From Eledone cirrhosa (taxonomy: Eukaryota): DNA of 64,000 nucleotides. The stretch covers positions 7,564,001 through 7,628,000 of the forward strand of contig OZ024764.1 in the NCBI GenBank assembly GCA_964016885.1, in the 5' to 3' direction. The notes beneath the pieces are model-generated. The model worked only from the letters and a program-made list of their open reading frames with translations, did no database searches and had not been told where the DNA came from. The position numbers and the translations under genes were made by a program. How positions within the stretch are numbered: the first letter of the stretch is position 1; every line of letters starts with the position of its first letter. This document shows positions 27,443-38,834 of the stretch, one piece after another.

Positions 27443-28895
27443 AGTGTTGTAGAGAGGGTGAGAGAGAGGGGGTAGTGTTGTAGAGAGGGTGAGAGAGAGG
27501 GGGTAGTGTTGTAGAGAGGGTGAGAGAGAGGGGGTAGTGTTGTAGAGAGGGTGAGAGAGAGAGGGTAGTGTTGTAGAGAGGGTGAGAGAGAGGGGGTAGT
27601 GTTGTAGAGAGGGTGAGAGAGAGGGGGTAGTGTTGTAGAGAGGGTGAGAGAGAGGGGGTAGTGTTGTAGAGAGGGTGAGAGAGAGGGGGTAGTGTTGTAG
27701 AGAGGGTGAGAGAGAGGGGGTAGTGTTGTAGAGAGGGTGAGAGAGAGGGGGTAGTGTTGTAGAGAGGGTGAGAGAGAGGGGGTAGTGTTGTAGAGAGGGT
27801 GAGAGAGAGGGGGTAGTGTTGTAGAGAGGGTGAGAGAGAGGGGGTAGTGTTGTAGAGAGGGTGAGAGAGAGGGGGTAGTGTTGTAGAGAGGGTGAGAGAG
27901 AGGGGGTAGTGTTGTAGAGAGGGTGAGAGAGAGGGGGTAGTGTTGTAGAGAGGGTGAGAGAGAGGGGGTAGTGTTGTAGAGAGGGTGAGAGAGAGGGGGT
28001 AGTGTTGTAGAGAGGGTGAGAGAGAGGGGGTAGTGTTGTAGAGAGGGTGAGAGAGAGGGGGTAGTGTTGTAGAGAGGGTGAGAGAGAGGGGGTAGTGTTG
28101 TAGAGAGGGTGAGAGAGAGGGGGTAGTGTTGTAGAGAGGGTGAGAGAGAGGGGGTAGTGTTGTAGAGAGGGTGAGAGAGAGGGGGTAGTGTTGTAGAGAG
28201 GGTGAGAGAGAGGGGGTAGTGTTGTAGAGAGGGTGAGAGAGAGGGGGTAGTGTTGTAGAGAGGGTGAGAGAGAGGGGGTAGTGTTGTAGAGAGGGTGAGA
28301 GAGAGGGGGTAGTGTTGTAGAGAGGGTGAGAGAGAGGGGGTAGTGTTGTAGAGAGGGTGAGAGAGAGGGGGTAGTGTTGTAGAGAGGGTGAGAGAGAGGG
28401 GGTAGTGTTGTAGAGAGGGTGAGAGAGAGGGGGTAGTGTTGTAGAGAGGGTGAGAGAGAGGGGGTAGTGTTGTAGAGAGGGTGAGAGAGAGGGGGTAGTG
28501 TTGTAGAGAGGGTGAGAGAGAGGGGGTAGTGTTGTAGAGAGGGTGAGAGAGAGGGGGTAGTGTTGTAGAGAGGGTGAGAGAGAGGGGGTAGTGTTGTAGA
28601 GAGGGTGAGAGAGAGGGGGTAGTGTTGTAGAGAGGGTGAGAGAGAGGGGGTAGTGTTGTAGAGAGGGTGAGAGAGAGGGGGTAGTGTTGTAGAGAGGGTG
28701 AGAGAGAGGGGGTAGTGTTGTAGAGAGAGTGAGAGAGAGGGGGTAGTGTTGTAGAGAGGGTGAGAGAGAGGGGGTAGTGTTGTAGAGAGGGTGAGAGAGA
28801 GGGTAGTGTTGTAGAGAGGGTGAGAGAGAGGGGGTAGTGTTGTAGAGAGAGGGGGAGAGAGAGAGAGGGGGGGGTTAGTGTTGTAGAGAGAGGGG
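27443..28895. repeat. 31 bp G-rich minisatellite (~46 copies)
   Basis: GGGGGTAGTGTTGTAGAGAGGGTGAGAGAGA, almost invariant. Confidence 0.97.
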
Positions 28896-28989
28896 GAGTC
28901 CATGCTCATCGCTGTTTTCGAGTGCTGTTCGTTGGGCAGGTGCAGACATGACCACGGGGTCGAAATGTTTGTTTTGAAACCACATGATG

Positions 28990-29990
28990 AATGAAACCCA
29001 GTAAAAGCAGGCAGTGCTCCAGCATGGCCTCGGTCTAATGACTGAAACCAGTAAAAGTACCCCAGCATGGCCACAGTCTAATGACTGAAACCAGTTAAAG
29101 TACCCCAGCATGGCCACAGTCTAATGACTGAAACCAGTAAAAGTACCCCAGCATGGCCACAGTCTAACGACTGAAACCAGTAAAAGTACCCCAGCATGGC
29201 CACAGTCTGGTGACTGAAACCAGTAAAAGTACCCAAGCATGGCCACAGTCTAACGACTGAAACCAGTAAAAGTACCCCAGCATGGCCACAGTCTAACGAC
29301 TGAAACCAGTAAAAGTACCCCAGCATGGCCACAGTCTAATGACTGAAACCAGTAAAAGTACCCCAGCATGGCCACAGTCTAACGACTGAAACCAGTAAAA
29401 GTACCCCAGCATGGCCACAGTCTGATGACTGAAACCAGTAAAAGTACCCCAGCATGGCCACAGTCTGATGACTGAAACCAGTAAAAGTACCCCAGCATGG
29501 CCACAGTCTGATGACTGAAACCAGTAAAAGTACCCAAGCATGGCCACAGTCTGATGACTGAAACCAGTAAAAGTACCCCAGCATGGCCACAGTCTGATGA
29601 CTGAAACCAGTAAAAGTACCCCAGCATGGCCACAGTCTAATGACTGAAACCAGTAAAAGTACCCAAGCATGGCCACAGTCTGATGACTGAAACCAGTAAA
29701 AGTACCCCAGCATGGCCACAGTCTGATGACTGAAACCAGTAAAAGTACCCCAGCATGGCCACAGTCTAATGACTGAAACCAGTAAAAGTACCCAAGCATG
29801 GCCACAGTCTGATGACTGAAACCAGTAAAAGTACCCCAGCATGGCCACAGTCTGATGACTGAAACCAGTAAAAGTACCCCAGCATGGCCACAGTCTGATG
29901 ACTGAAACCAGTAAAAAAAGGCAGTGCCCCAGTATGGCCACACTCGAATGACAAACCAGTAAAAGAAGATAGTGCCCCAGCATGGCCAAA
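28990..29990. repeat. 43 bp tandem array (~23 copies) abutting the TTC5 exon 4 donor
   Basis: GACTGAAACCAGTAAAAGTACCCCAGCATGGCCACAGTCT(A/G)AT. Confidence 0.96.
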
Positions 29991-29997
29991 GACTTAC

Positions 29998-30148
29998 CCC
30001 AAGAGCTTCCATCTGTGATATCCATTTGTACAGCATCCCTGGCCTTCTCCACACTCTCACGAACTATCTTCAGTTTTTCCACGGGAGACAGTCCAGATAC
30101 CTGACGCAGCACCATGGACAGGTTACGGAGAGACACCTTGTTCTTGAA
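29998..30148 (-). CDS. TTC5: TTC5 exon 4 (FKNKVSLRNLSMVLRQ...VQMDITDGSSW)
   Basis: 151 nt, cag/GTAAGT; NKVSLxNLSMVLRQ and AVQMDxxDGxSW motifs. Confidence 0.96.
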
Positions 30149-30566
30149 CTGGAGGAAAGGAGAGAACAGAAACATACAGTTCCACACTGTAAACGTGGTT
30201 GGTGTTAGGAAGGGCATCCAGCCGTAGAAAACCCTGCCAGACAGTCCTATGCAAGCAAGACAACCACTCTTGCCTCAAGTGGGAAAACCCCCGTCCAAAC
30301 CCATGCAAGCGTAGAATATGGACGTTAAACGATGATGATGATGATGATGATGATGATGATAAAAATAATTGTTTCTACTTTTGGCACAAGGCCAGCAATT
30401 ATTCAGTGCATTACTGGTACTTTATTTTATCGACCCCGTAAGGATGAAAGGCAAAGTTAACCTCGGCGGGATTTGAACTCAAATGATGATAAAAATAATA
30501 ATAAATTTGAAGACTAAAATCCAAAGAGGGCTCAATAAAGATAAATATATATCAAATATATAAGAA

Positions 30567-30730
30567 CCATAGAGCAAATATTTATTAAAATAACAGATTG
30601 AAGTTTAAGCAAAGAATCGCTGCTTTCGTCCTTAACGGGATCTTCTGAACATCCCGTTTTCAGAAGATCCCATTAAGGGTGAAAGCAGCGATTCTTTGCT
30701 TAAACTTTAATCTGTTATTTTAATAAATAT
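30567..30730. repeat. foldback hairpin (~70 bp arms); partial copy at 31483-31555
   Basis: AAGCAAAGAATCGCTGCTTTC ... GAAAGCAGCGATTCTTTGCTT. Confidence 0.85.
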
Positions 30731-30742
30731 ATATATGTGAAT

Positions 30743-31086
30743 TGGAGGCACATGGCTTAGTGGTTAGAGCATTGGCCTTGCAATCGAAAGGTTGTGAGTT
30801 CAATTCTCAGACCGGGTGATGTGTTGTTTCCTTGAGCAAGACACTTTATTTCACATTGCTCCAGTTTACTCAGCTGTAGAAATGAGATGATAGGGACTGG
30901 GGTCCCTATCATTCCACTGCAAAGTGGTCGTGGAGGTGCCACGTCAAAAAAGCACCCAGCACTCACTGTAAATGATGTTGGTGTTAGGGAGGGCATCCAG
31001 CTGTAGAAATCAAGCCAGCGTCAGTTCCCGTCCCACCCTTGCAAGCAGGGAAAAAGCGGACGTAAAATGAAATGATGATGATGATG
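30743..31086 (+). mobile_element. SINE family A, full length
   Basis: matches the family consensus. Confidence 0.88.
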
Positions 31087-31113
31087 AAATATATATATAT
31101 GTATATATATATA

Positions 31114-31218
31114 TAGGAACAAGTATGACCCCGACGGCAGAGCTCAAGCCATTTCTATGTCCAGAAATAGCCATTGAAACGGCTTGAGCTCTGCCGTCGG
31201 GGTCATACTTGTTCCTAT
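31114..31218. repeat. GC-rich hairpin (~43 bp arms)
   Basis: TAGGAACAAGTATGACCCCGACGGCAGAGCTCAAGCC ... GGCTTGAGCTCTGCCGTCGGGGTCATACTTGTTCCTA. Confidence 0.9.
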
Positions 31219-31554
31219 TACCCACTCAACTACCCTAAGTATTGAGTACTTTGGTGCGTTATGGTCCATCTGGTACCTTACCACAATTCCTTCGTTATAT
31301 ATATATATATATATAAAATACATAATGGGAGAAAGCTAATAGCGATACTCCGGCCAAATCCCAACTCACTCAACAAACATTAGGAAATACCTGAGTATAT
31401 TCCTAATTAAACATTCGGGGTGCTAACTAATTGTATTGTGTGGAAAATTGGCTGTATCATTTCATGTGAGATATATCATATAAACCCATAGAGCAAATAT
31501 TTATTATAAGAACAGATTAAAGTTTAAGCAAAGAATCGCTGCTTTCACCCTTAA

Positions 31555-31980
31555 TGACTTTCGTAGACATTTTTTCACGCTCAGAGTTGCTGAAGCATGG
31601 AACAAACTGCCTGCGTCAATTGTTAGCTGCCGAGACACTGCATCCTTTAAGACACTCATGCTTCCCGAAATACGCCAAAACTACACCTGATGTACCCCTT
31701 CCATACACATACACACGTGTGTATCATGACTCGTGCACTGTTCATTTTACTGATGTTTGTGCATTGCCCTATGTACTGTACATGCACTTTTTTGATGAGT
31801 TGTGGTGCACCTGGGCACTGTACACAATATTTCATTATTGTTATTGTTATTATATCATGACTCGTACACTGTTCATTTTCCTGACATTTGTACATTATTC
31901 TATGTACTATACATGCACCTTTGATGAGTTGTAGTGCACCTGAGCACTGTACACAATAATTTCATTATTATTATTATTAA
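31555..31980 (+). mobile_element. CR1-group LINE 3' end with duplicated 3' UTR and (ATT)n tail
   Basis: FFTLRVAEAWNKLPASIVSCRDTASFK; UTR copies at 3822-3935(-), 4158-4290(-), 12972-13150(+). Confidence 0.8.
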
Positions 31981-32127
31981 TGGAATCTTCTGAAACTAAA
32001 AAAAATCAATCTATGGACACAGAAGTAAATATTTTAGTTCGTGAAGATGTTCCCTGGCAATGAATTGAAAAAAAACGGGGATAATTCTGTTGTTGTGTGC
32101 GGTAAAGCCTTCACCACAAAAACACTA

Positions 32128-32285
32128 TCCATATATTACTAAAAGTCTGTGATTGCTTTGCTTGCTTGTCTGTAATGTAATACAGCCAAAAGGGCACATA
32201 AATCGGAGCATAGGTTCCCGAGATACGAGGTTTTTCCGGGTACCTTCATAAAGGTCCCGGACCCAACGGGTCACAGGTGGTCTAG
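32128..32285 (+). mobile_element. short non-autonomous Helitron, same family
   Basis: A|TC start, GACCCAACGGGTC hairpin, CTAG|T end. Confidence 0.75.
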
Positions 32286-32347
32286 TAATATATATAGCGT
32301 AATGTAAATGCTAAAGGGTTTATAGTTAAACATGCAGTTAAACTTAC

Positions 32348-32559
32348 GTGGTTGAGTGCTCCCACAAAACAGTTCTTTGCTGAAGTGATGTCCTTGTTCT
32401 TCCAATAACATTCCCCCAAATGGTTCCAAGCTTCCACAAGTTTAGGGTCCAACTTCACAGCCTTCGACAACAATACCTCTGCCTCCTTTTCATAGCTTGG
32501 TAACACATTAAGGGCTTTACCCCTTAACATGAGGTACTGCGCTTTGCTGTTTATCAGGT
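32348..32559 (-). CDS. TTC5: TTC5 exon 3 ([19 protein letters not shown]...CFVGALNH), TPR
   Basis: 212 nt, cag/GTAAGT; [25 protein letters not shown] is diagnostic of TTC5. Confidence 0.96.
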
Positions 32560-32929
32560 CTGATGAGGGCGGAGACAGGATAAAGGATTATAGTTAATAG
32601 CAACACTACAACATCAACACCACAGCCACAACTACAACACTACTACTACCAGAAACAACACTACACCAAGAATACCAAAATATATATATATATTTACAGG
32701 CTCCCAGTCCACACTGTAAATGTGGTTTGTGTTAGGAAGGGCATCCAGCTGTAAAAAAACTGCTAGAGACATTCCCGTATGAGCGAGACACGGTCTCCCA
32801 ACCATTCCCACATCAAATGGAACAAAACCATCTAACCCATGCTAGCGTGGAAGATGGACATTAAACAATGATGATGACGGTGTGAGCAAAGCACAGATTG
32901 CTTCAGATTTCTCAGCTACTTTACATTAG

Positions 32930-35900
32930 CACCATTCATCTCTTCTTTACACTCACATTTACATTGCACATCCCACGAATCATAGTTGTTTCATTTCTCC
33001 CCAGCCTACATATGTCCTCTGCAGTCACAGCCCATGTTACACTACCATGTAGCTCTCTAAACTTCTTCCATCCTGTCCTTATTCTAGCTATTATACTCTC
33101 CCCAGCCTACACAGCCCATGTTTCACTACCATGTAGCTCTCTAAACTTCTTCCATCCTGTCCTTATTCTAGCTATTATACTCTCCCCAGCCTACACAGCC
33201 AATGTTTCACTACCATGTAGCTCTCTAAACTTCTTCCATCCTATTGTAAGTCTAGCTATTATACTCTCCCCAGCCTACATATGTCCTCTGTAATCACAGC
33301 CCATGTTTCACTACCATGTAGCTCTCTAAACTTCTTCCCTCCTATTGTAAGTCTAGCTACAATACTCTCCCCAGCCTACATATGTCCTCTGCAGTCACAG
33401 CCCATGTTTCACCACCATGTAACTCTCTAAACTTCTTCCATCCTATTGTAAGTCTAGCTATTATACTCTCCCCAGCCTACACATGCCCTCTGCAGTCACA
33501 GCCCATGTTTCACTACCATGTAGCTCTCTAAACTTCTTCTTCCATCCTATTGTAAGTCTAGCTATTATACTCTCCCCAGCCTACATATGTCCTCTGCAGT
33601 CACAGCCCATGTTTCACTACCATGTAGCTCTCTAAACTTCTTCTTCCATCCTATTGTAAGTCTAGCTGCTATACTCTCCCCAGCCCACACATGACCTCTG
33701 CAGTCACAGCCCATGTTTCACCACCATGTAGCTCTCTAAACTTCTTCTTCCATCCTATTGTAAGTCTAGCTATTATACTCTCCCCAGCCTACACATGTCC
33801 TCTGCAGTCACAGCCAATGTTTCACTACCATGTAGCTCTCTAAACTTCTTCCGTCCTATTGTAAGTCTAGCTATTATACTCTCTCCAGCCTACATATGTC
33901 CTCTGCAGTCACAGCCCATGTTTCACTACCATGTAGCTCTCTAAACTTCTTCTTCCATCCTATTGTAAGTCTAGCTACAATACTCTCCCCAGCCTACCTA
34001 TGTCCTCTGCAGTCACAGCCCATGTTTCACTACCATGTAGCTCTCTAAACTTCTTCCATCCTATTGTAAGTCTAGCTACAATACTCTCCCCAGCCTACCT
34101 ATGTCCTCTGCAGTCACAGCCCATGTTTCACTACCATGTAGCTCTCTAAACTTCTTCTTCCATCCTATTGTAAGTCTAGCTATTATACTCTCCCCAGCCT
34201 ACATATGTCCTCTGCAGTCACAGCCCATGTTTCACTACCATGTAGCTCTCTAAACTTCTTCCTTCCTATTGTAAGTCTAGTTACAATACTCTCCCCAGCC
34301 TACACATGTCCTCTGCAGTCACAGCCCATGTTTCACTACCATGTAGCTCTCTAAACTTCTTCCATCCTATTGTAAGTCTAGCTATTATACTCTCCCCAGC
34401 CTACATATGTCCTCTGCAGTCACAGCCCATGTTTCACTACCATGTAGCTCTCTAAACTTCTTCCATCCTATTGTAAGTCTAGTTACAATACTCTCCCCAG
34501 CCTACACATGTCCTCTGCAGTCACAGCCCATGTTACACTACCATGTAGCTCTCTAAACTTCTTCCATCCTATTGTAAGTCTAGCTATTATACTCTCCTCA
34601 GCCTACATATGTCCTCTGCAGTCACAGCCCATGTTTCACTACCATGTAGCTCTCTAAACTTCTTCCATCCTATTGTAAGTCTAGCTATTATACTCTCCCC
34701 AGCCTACATATGTCCTCTGCAGTCACAGCCCATGTTTCACTACCATGTAGCTCTCTAAACTTCTTCCATCCTATTGTAAGTCTAGCTGCTATACTCTCCC
34801 CAGCCTACACATGTCTTCTGCAGTCACAGCCCATGTTTCACTACCATGTAGCTCTCTAAACTTCTTCCATCCTATTGTAAGTCTAGCTACAATACTCTCC
34901 CCAGCCTACATATGTCCTCTGCAGTCACAGCCCATGCTTCACTACCATGTAGCTCTCTAAACTTCTTCCATCCTATTGTAAGTCTAGCTATTATACTCTC
35001 CCCAGCCTACATATGTCCTCTGTAATCACAGCCCATGTTTCACTACCATGTAGCTCTCTAAACTTCTTCTTCCATCCTATTGTAAGTCTAGCTATTATAC
35101 TCTCCCCAGCCTACATATGTCCTCTGTAATCACAGCCCATGTTTCACTACCATGTAGCTCTCTAAACTTCTTCTTCCATCCTATTGTAACTCTAGCTACA
35201 ATACTCTCCCCAGCCTACATATGTCCTCTGCAGTCACAGCCCATGTTTCACTACCATGTAGCTCTCTAAACTTCTTCCATCCTATTGTAAGTCTAGCTAT
35301 TATACTCTCCCCAGCCTACATATGTCCTCTGCAATCACAGCCCATATTACACTACCATGTAGCTCTCTAAACTTCTTCCATCCTATTGTAACTCTAGCTA
35401 CAATACTCTCCCCAGCCTACACATGTCCTCTGCAGTCACAGCCCATGTTTCACTACCATGTAGCTCTCTAAACTTCTTCCATCCTATTGTAAGTCTAGCT
35501 ATTATACTCTCCCCAGCCTACATATGTCCTCTGCAGTCACAGCCCATATTACACTACCATGTAGCTCTCTAAACTTCTTCCATCCTATTGTAAGTCTAGC
35601 TATTATACTCTCCCCAGCCTACATATGTCCTCTGCAGTCACAGCCCATGTTTCACTACCATGTAGCTCTCTAAACTTCTTCTTCCATCCTATTGTAAGTC
35701 TAGCTATTATACTCTCCCCAGCCTACATATGTCCTCTGCAGTCACAGCCCATATTACACTACCATGTAGCTCTCTAAACTTCTTCCATCCTATTGTAAGT
35801 CTAGCTATTATACTCTCCCCAGCCTACATATGTCCTCTGCAATCACAGCCCATATTACACTACCATGTAGCTCTCTAAACTTCTTCCATCCTATTGTAAG

Positions 35901-36285
35901 TCTAGCTATTATACTCTCCCCAGCCTACATATGTCCTCTGCAGTCACAGCCCATATTACACTACCATGTAGCTCTCTAAACTTCTTCCATCCTATTGTAA
36001 GTCTAGCTACAATACTCTCCCCAGCCTACACATGTCCTCTGCAGTCACAGCCCATATTACACTACCATGTAGCTCTCTAAACTTCTTCCATCCTATTGTA
36101 AGTCTAGCTACAATACTCTCCCCAGCCTACATATGTCCTCTGCAATCACAGCCCATATTACACTACCATGTAGCTCTCTAAACTTCTTCCATCCTATTGT
36201 AAGTCTAGCTACAATACTCTCCCCAGCCTACATATGTCCTCTGCTGTCACAGCCCATGTTTCACTACCATGTAGCTCTCTAAACT
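32930..36285 (-). repeat. 101/104 bp tandem array (~32 copies) built from RTE ORF pieces
   Basis: minus strand reads [14 protein letters not shown] joined to HGSETWAVTAEDICRL. Confidence 0.95.
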
Positions 36286-36415
36286 TGATCTCATTATCTC
36301 ATTTATTTTGACTGGATGTTGTGGTACCAACTTTACAGAGTGAGGGTGGTGTTGGTAGGAGTGGGAGGATAGAGTAGGGGTAGTGGATTGGGGTGTATAT
36401 TTGGTTAAGAGGTGC

Positions 36416-36800
36416 CTACTGACTGTAGGTTTCGCTTTGTACATAGGCAAGGCGGGTCTTCTGTATAACTGCGTAGCGCCAAAGATCTCGGTCCAGTGAC
36501 ATTGTCTTGGAGAGGTGTAAGTGTGTGAGGTCGGGATTTATCAGATCATCCCAGATTTTTCTGGGTCTACCTATTCCGTAACCACCATTAATTTTGATCG
36601 CCCTGCACTTTTTTATGCAGCTGTCGTCTTTCATGTGCATCACGTGACCATACCAACGTAGTCTTCTCTCGAGTAAACAGCATCTGATCCCTCTTATTCC
36701 TAATTTCTCACTTAGTTCATTTATGCTTTGCTGTTCACGTATATTACTATTACACATCCAACGGAGCATGCATGCTTTGTTTCTCTCCAGTCTGCAAAAC
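36416..36800 (-). mobile_element. RTE LINE 3' fragment
   Basis: [30 protein letters not shown]. Confidence 0.85.
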
Positions 36801-36882
36801 ATGTTGTCCAACACTCTACTGATTCTACCGCCAATCCACCACCCTTATATAGATGGATGATGAAGAATATTTATGTAGATAC

Positions 36883-37015
36883 CTTTCTTTGATGACAACA
36901 ATTCCAAACATCCCTCCATCTTCTTCTTAACGTGTTCATCTTTCAGGTGAGAATTACAGACGCTGAATTTCTCAAAATATTGGTCCCGGAAGTCATACAG
37001 CTCGTTGACTGCTTC
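36883..37015 (-). CDS. TTC5: TTC5 exon 2 (EAVNELYDFRDQYFEKF...LLSSKK)
   Basis: cag acceptor, GTATCT donor, 133 nt; matches the TTC5 motif ELVDQLYSFRDCYFE. Confidence 0.93.
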
Positions 37016-37164
37016 CTGGAGGAAGATAGAGACAGGTAAGTCAATAGATAGATAGATAGATAGACAGGTAAGTCGATAGATAGATAGATAGATAGACAGG
37101 TAAGTCAGGAGACAGGTAGAGAGGTAGATAGATAGAGAGGTAGATAGATAAATAGACAGGTAGA

Positions 37165-37705
37165 TAGGTTTCTTTATTAGCCACAGGGGCACAAAAGAAG
37201 GGGACAAATACAAAGGGGGGAAGTTTACATACAATAAAAACGTGTAAAATACTATCACAAATGCAATTTAAAAATTAGGGGGAGACATTTCATATGGGTA
37301 ACACATACCCCCCGAAAAAATGTGCAACCCTCATCTCCAGGAGTACGAAGAGTACCCCTTTCCTCTCTTCCTCAACCTACAGGCTGATATAGAGAGAAGG
37401 CCCATTCACTCGGGCCATTCTCGCCACTTTCACCCACCTTTCATAAAACTTGCTGGGGTACAGCCCCTCTCTCTCCATCCTGATTCTTCTTCCAAAATGG
37501 TATTTGAAAAAAAGAATCAGTTGTTGGCCGGAGAGAAAGGTGTCTGACCTCAGCCCTTTTAACCTCGTCCACCATACAACCTCTTTCACCATAGCTATCG
37601 CACAGAGGAAAACCGCCTCTCCTTCGTTTTTGAAGGAGGGTGGCGGTTTGATCATGACAATGGACTCGGTGGTCAACTGGATTGGTCCCACCCGCGACAA
37701 TAGTC
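37165..37705 (-). mobile_element. non-LTR element 3' fragment (Tx1/L1-like) with AATAAA and (TCTA)n tail
   Basis: ORF end ...KEVVWWTRLKG...FYERWVKVARM; the last ~105 bp recur at 46865-46972; clade assignment is from memory. Confidence 0.55.
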
Positions 37706-38834
37706 GATAGACAAGTAGATAGATAGGCAGGTAGATATATAGATATCTTTCTTTATTAATAATTGTTCTACTTTAGGCACAAGGCCAGCAATTACCCAGT
37801 GCATTACTGGTACTTTATTTTATCGACCCCGAAAGGATGAAAGGCAAAGTTAACCTCGGTGGGATTTGAACTCAGAATGGCAAGGGCCGTAGCTCTATGC
37901 GTCAAAGCATGGCGTCCGACCCTTCACTGATATTGCCAATACTAGAAATAATCAGCTGTGTTCAGACCTTGGAGAGGTTTGGGCTCCGTCAGGTTTAAAT
38001 GTGTCCTAGACACACTGTGTGACGGTACCTCTACGATTACACAAGGAGTTATGGGATCTTTATCATTATATCCTTATAATTTAAATAATTGTTTCTACTT
38101 TTTGGCACAAGGCCAGCAATTACCCCAGTGCATTACTGGTACTTTATTTTATCGACCCCCGTAAGGACGAAAGGCAAAGTTAACCTCGGCGGGATTTGAA
38201 CTCAGATCATAAAGGGACATAACTCTATGCTTCAAATACTTTGAATAAATAATTATTTCTACTTTTGGCACAAGGCCAGCAATTACCCAGTGCATTACTG
38301 GTACTTTATTTTATCGACCCCCGTAAGGATGAAAGGCAAAGTTAACCTCAGCGGGATTTGAACTCAGAATGGCAAGGGCCGTAACTCTATGCGTCAAAGC
38401 ATGGCGTCCGACCCTCCACTGATACTGCCAATCCACCGCAGGTAGATAGGTAGACAGGTATTGGCCCTGGAAGACATAGAGCTCATTGACTGCTTCCTGG
38501 AGGAAGAGACAGACAGACAGACAGACAACTCAGGAGATAGTTATAGAGGTAAGAGGACCACGGATCAGATGCTGCTGTGCATGGCAGCGATTCAGCCCTT
38601 GAAGACAGGACTGAAGCCGGCTGCTGTGAACATCGCTCCTAAATATAGGTGGTCGACGCTCCCAAACGTTTTAGATTGATCTAAATCAGGGTTTCCCAAC
38701 CTTTTTTTTCAGCCAGCGGCCCCTTTGGGCGCAAACTTGTTTGTCAATGGACCCCTGTCAAATTAAATTTCAAGTAAGATACTGAATTCATAAAGCTTAG
38801 CACATTATCTGGTGTGTGGTTGCAGTTCAAATGG

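Noticed and set aside
27395-29074. 559 aa Leu/Ser/Pro/Thr-rich ORF
   Set aside because: 31 bp minisatellite inside a TTC5 intron
29400-29910. CTGATGACTGAAAC in the 43 bp array as tandem hammerheads
   Set aside because: Only 2 nt lie between the cores, so no stem II can form; many units lack CTGATGA
30743-30820. tRNA genes (GCA-anticodon-like heads)
   Set aside because: They are SINE heads continuous with the SINE body, with no proper acceptor stem
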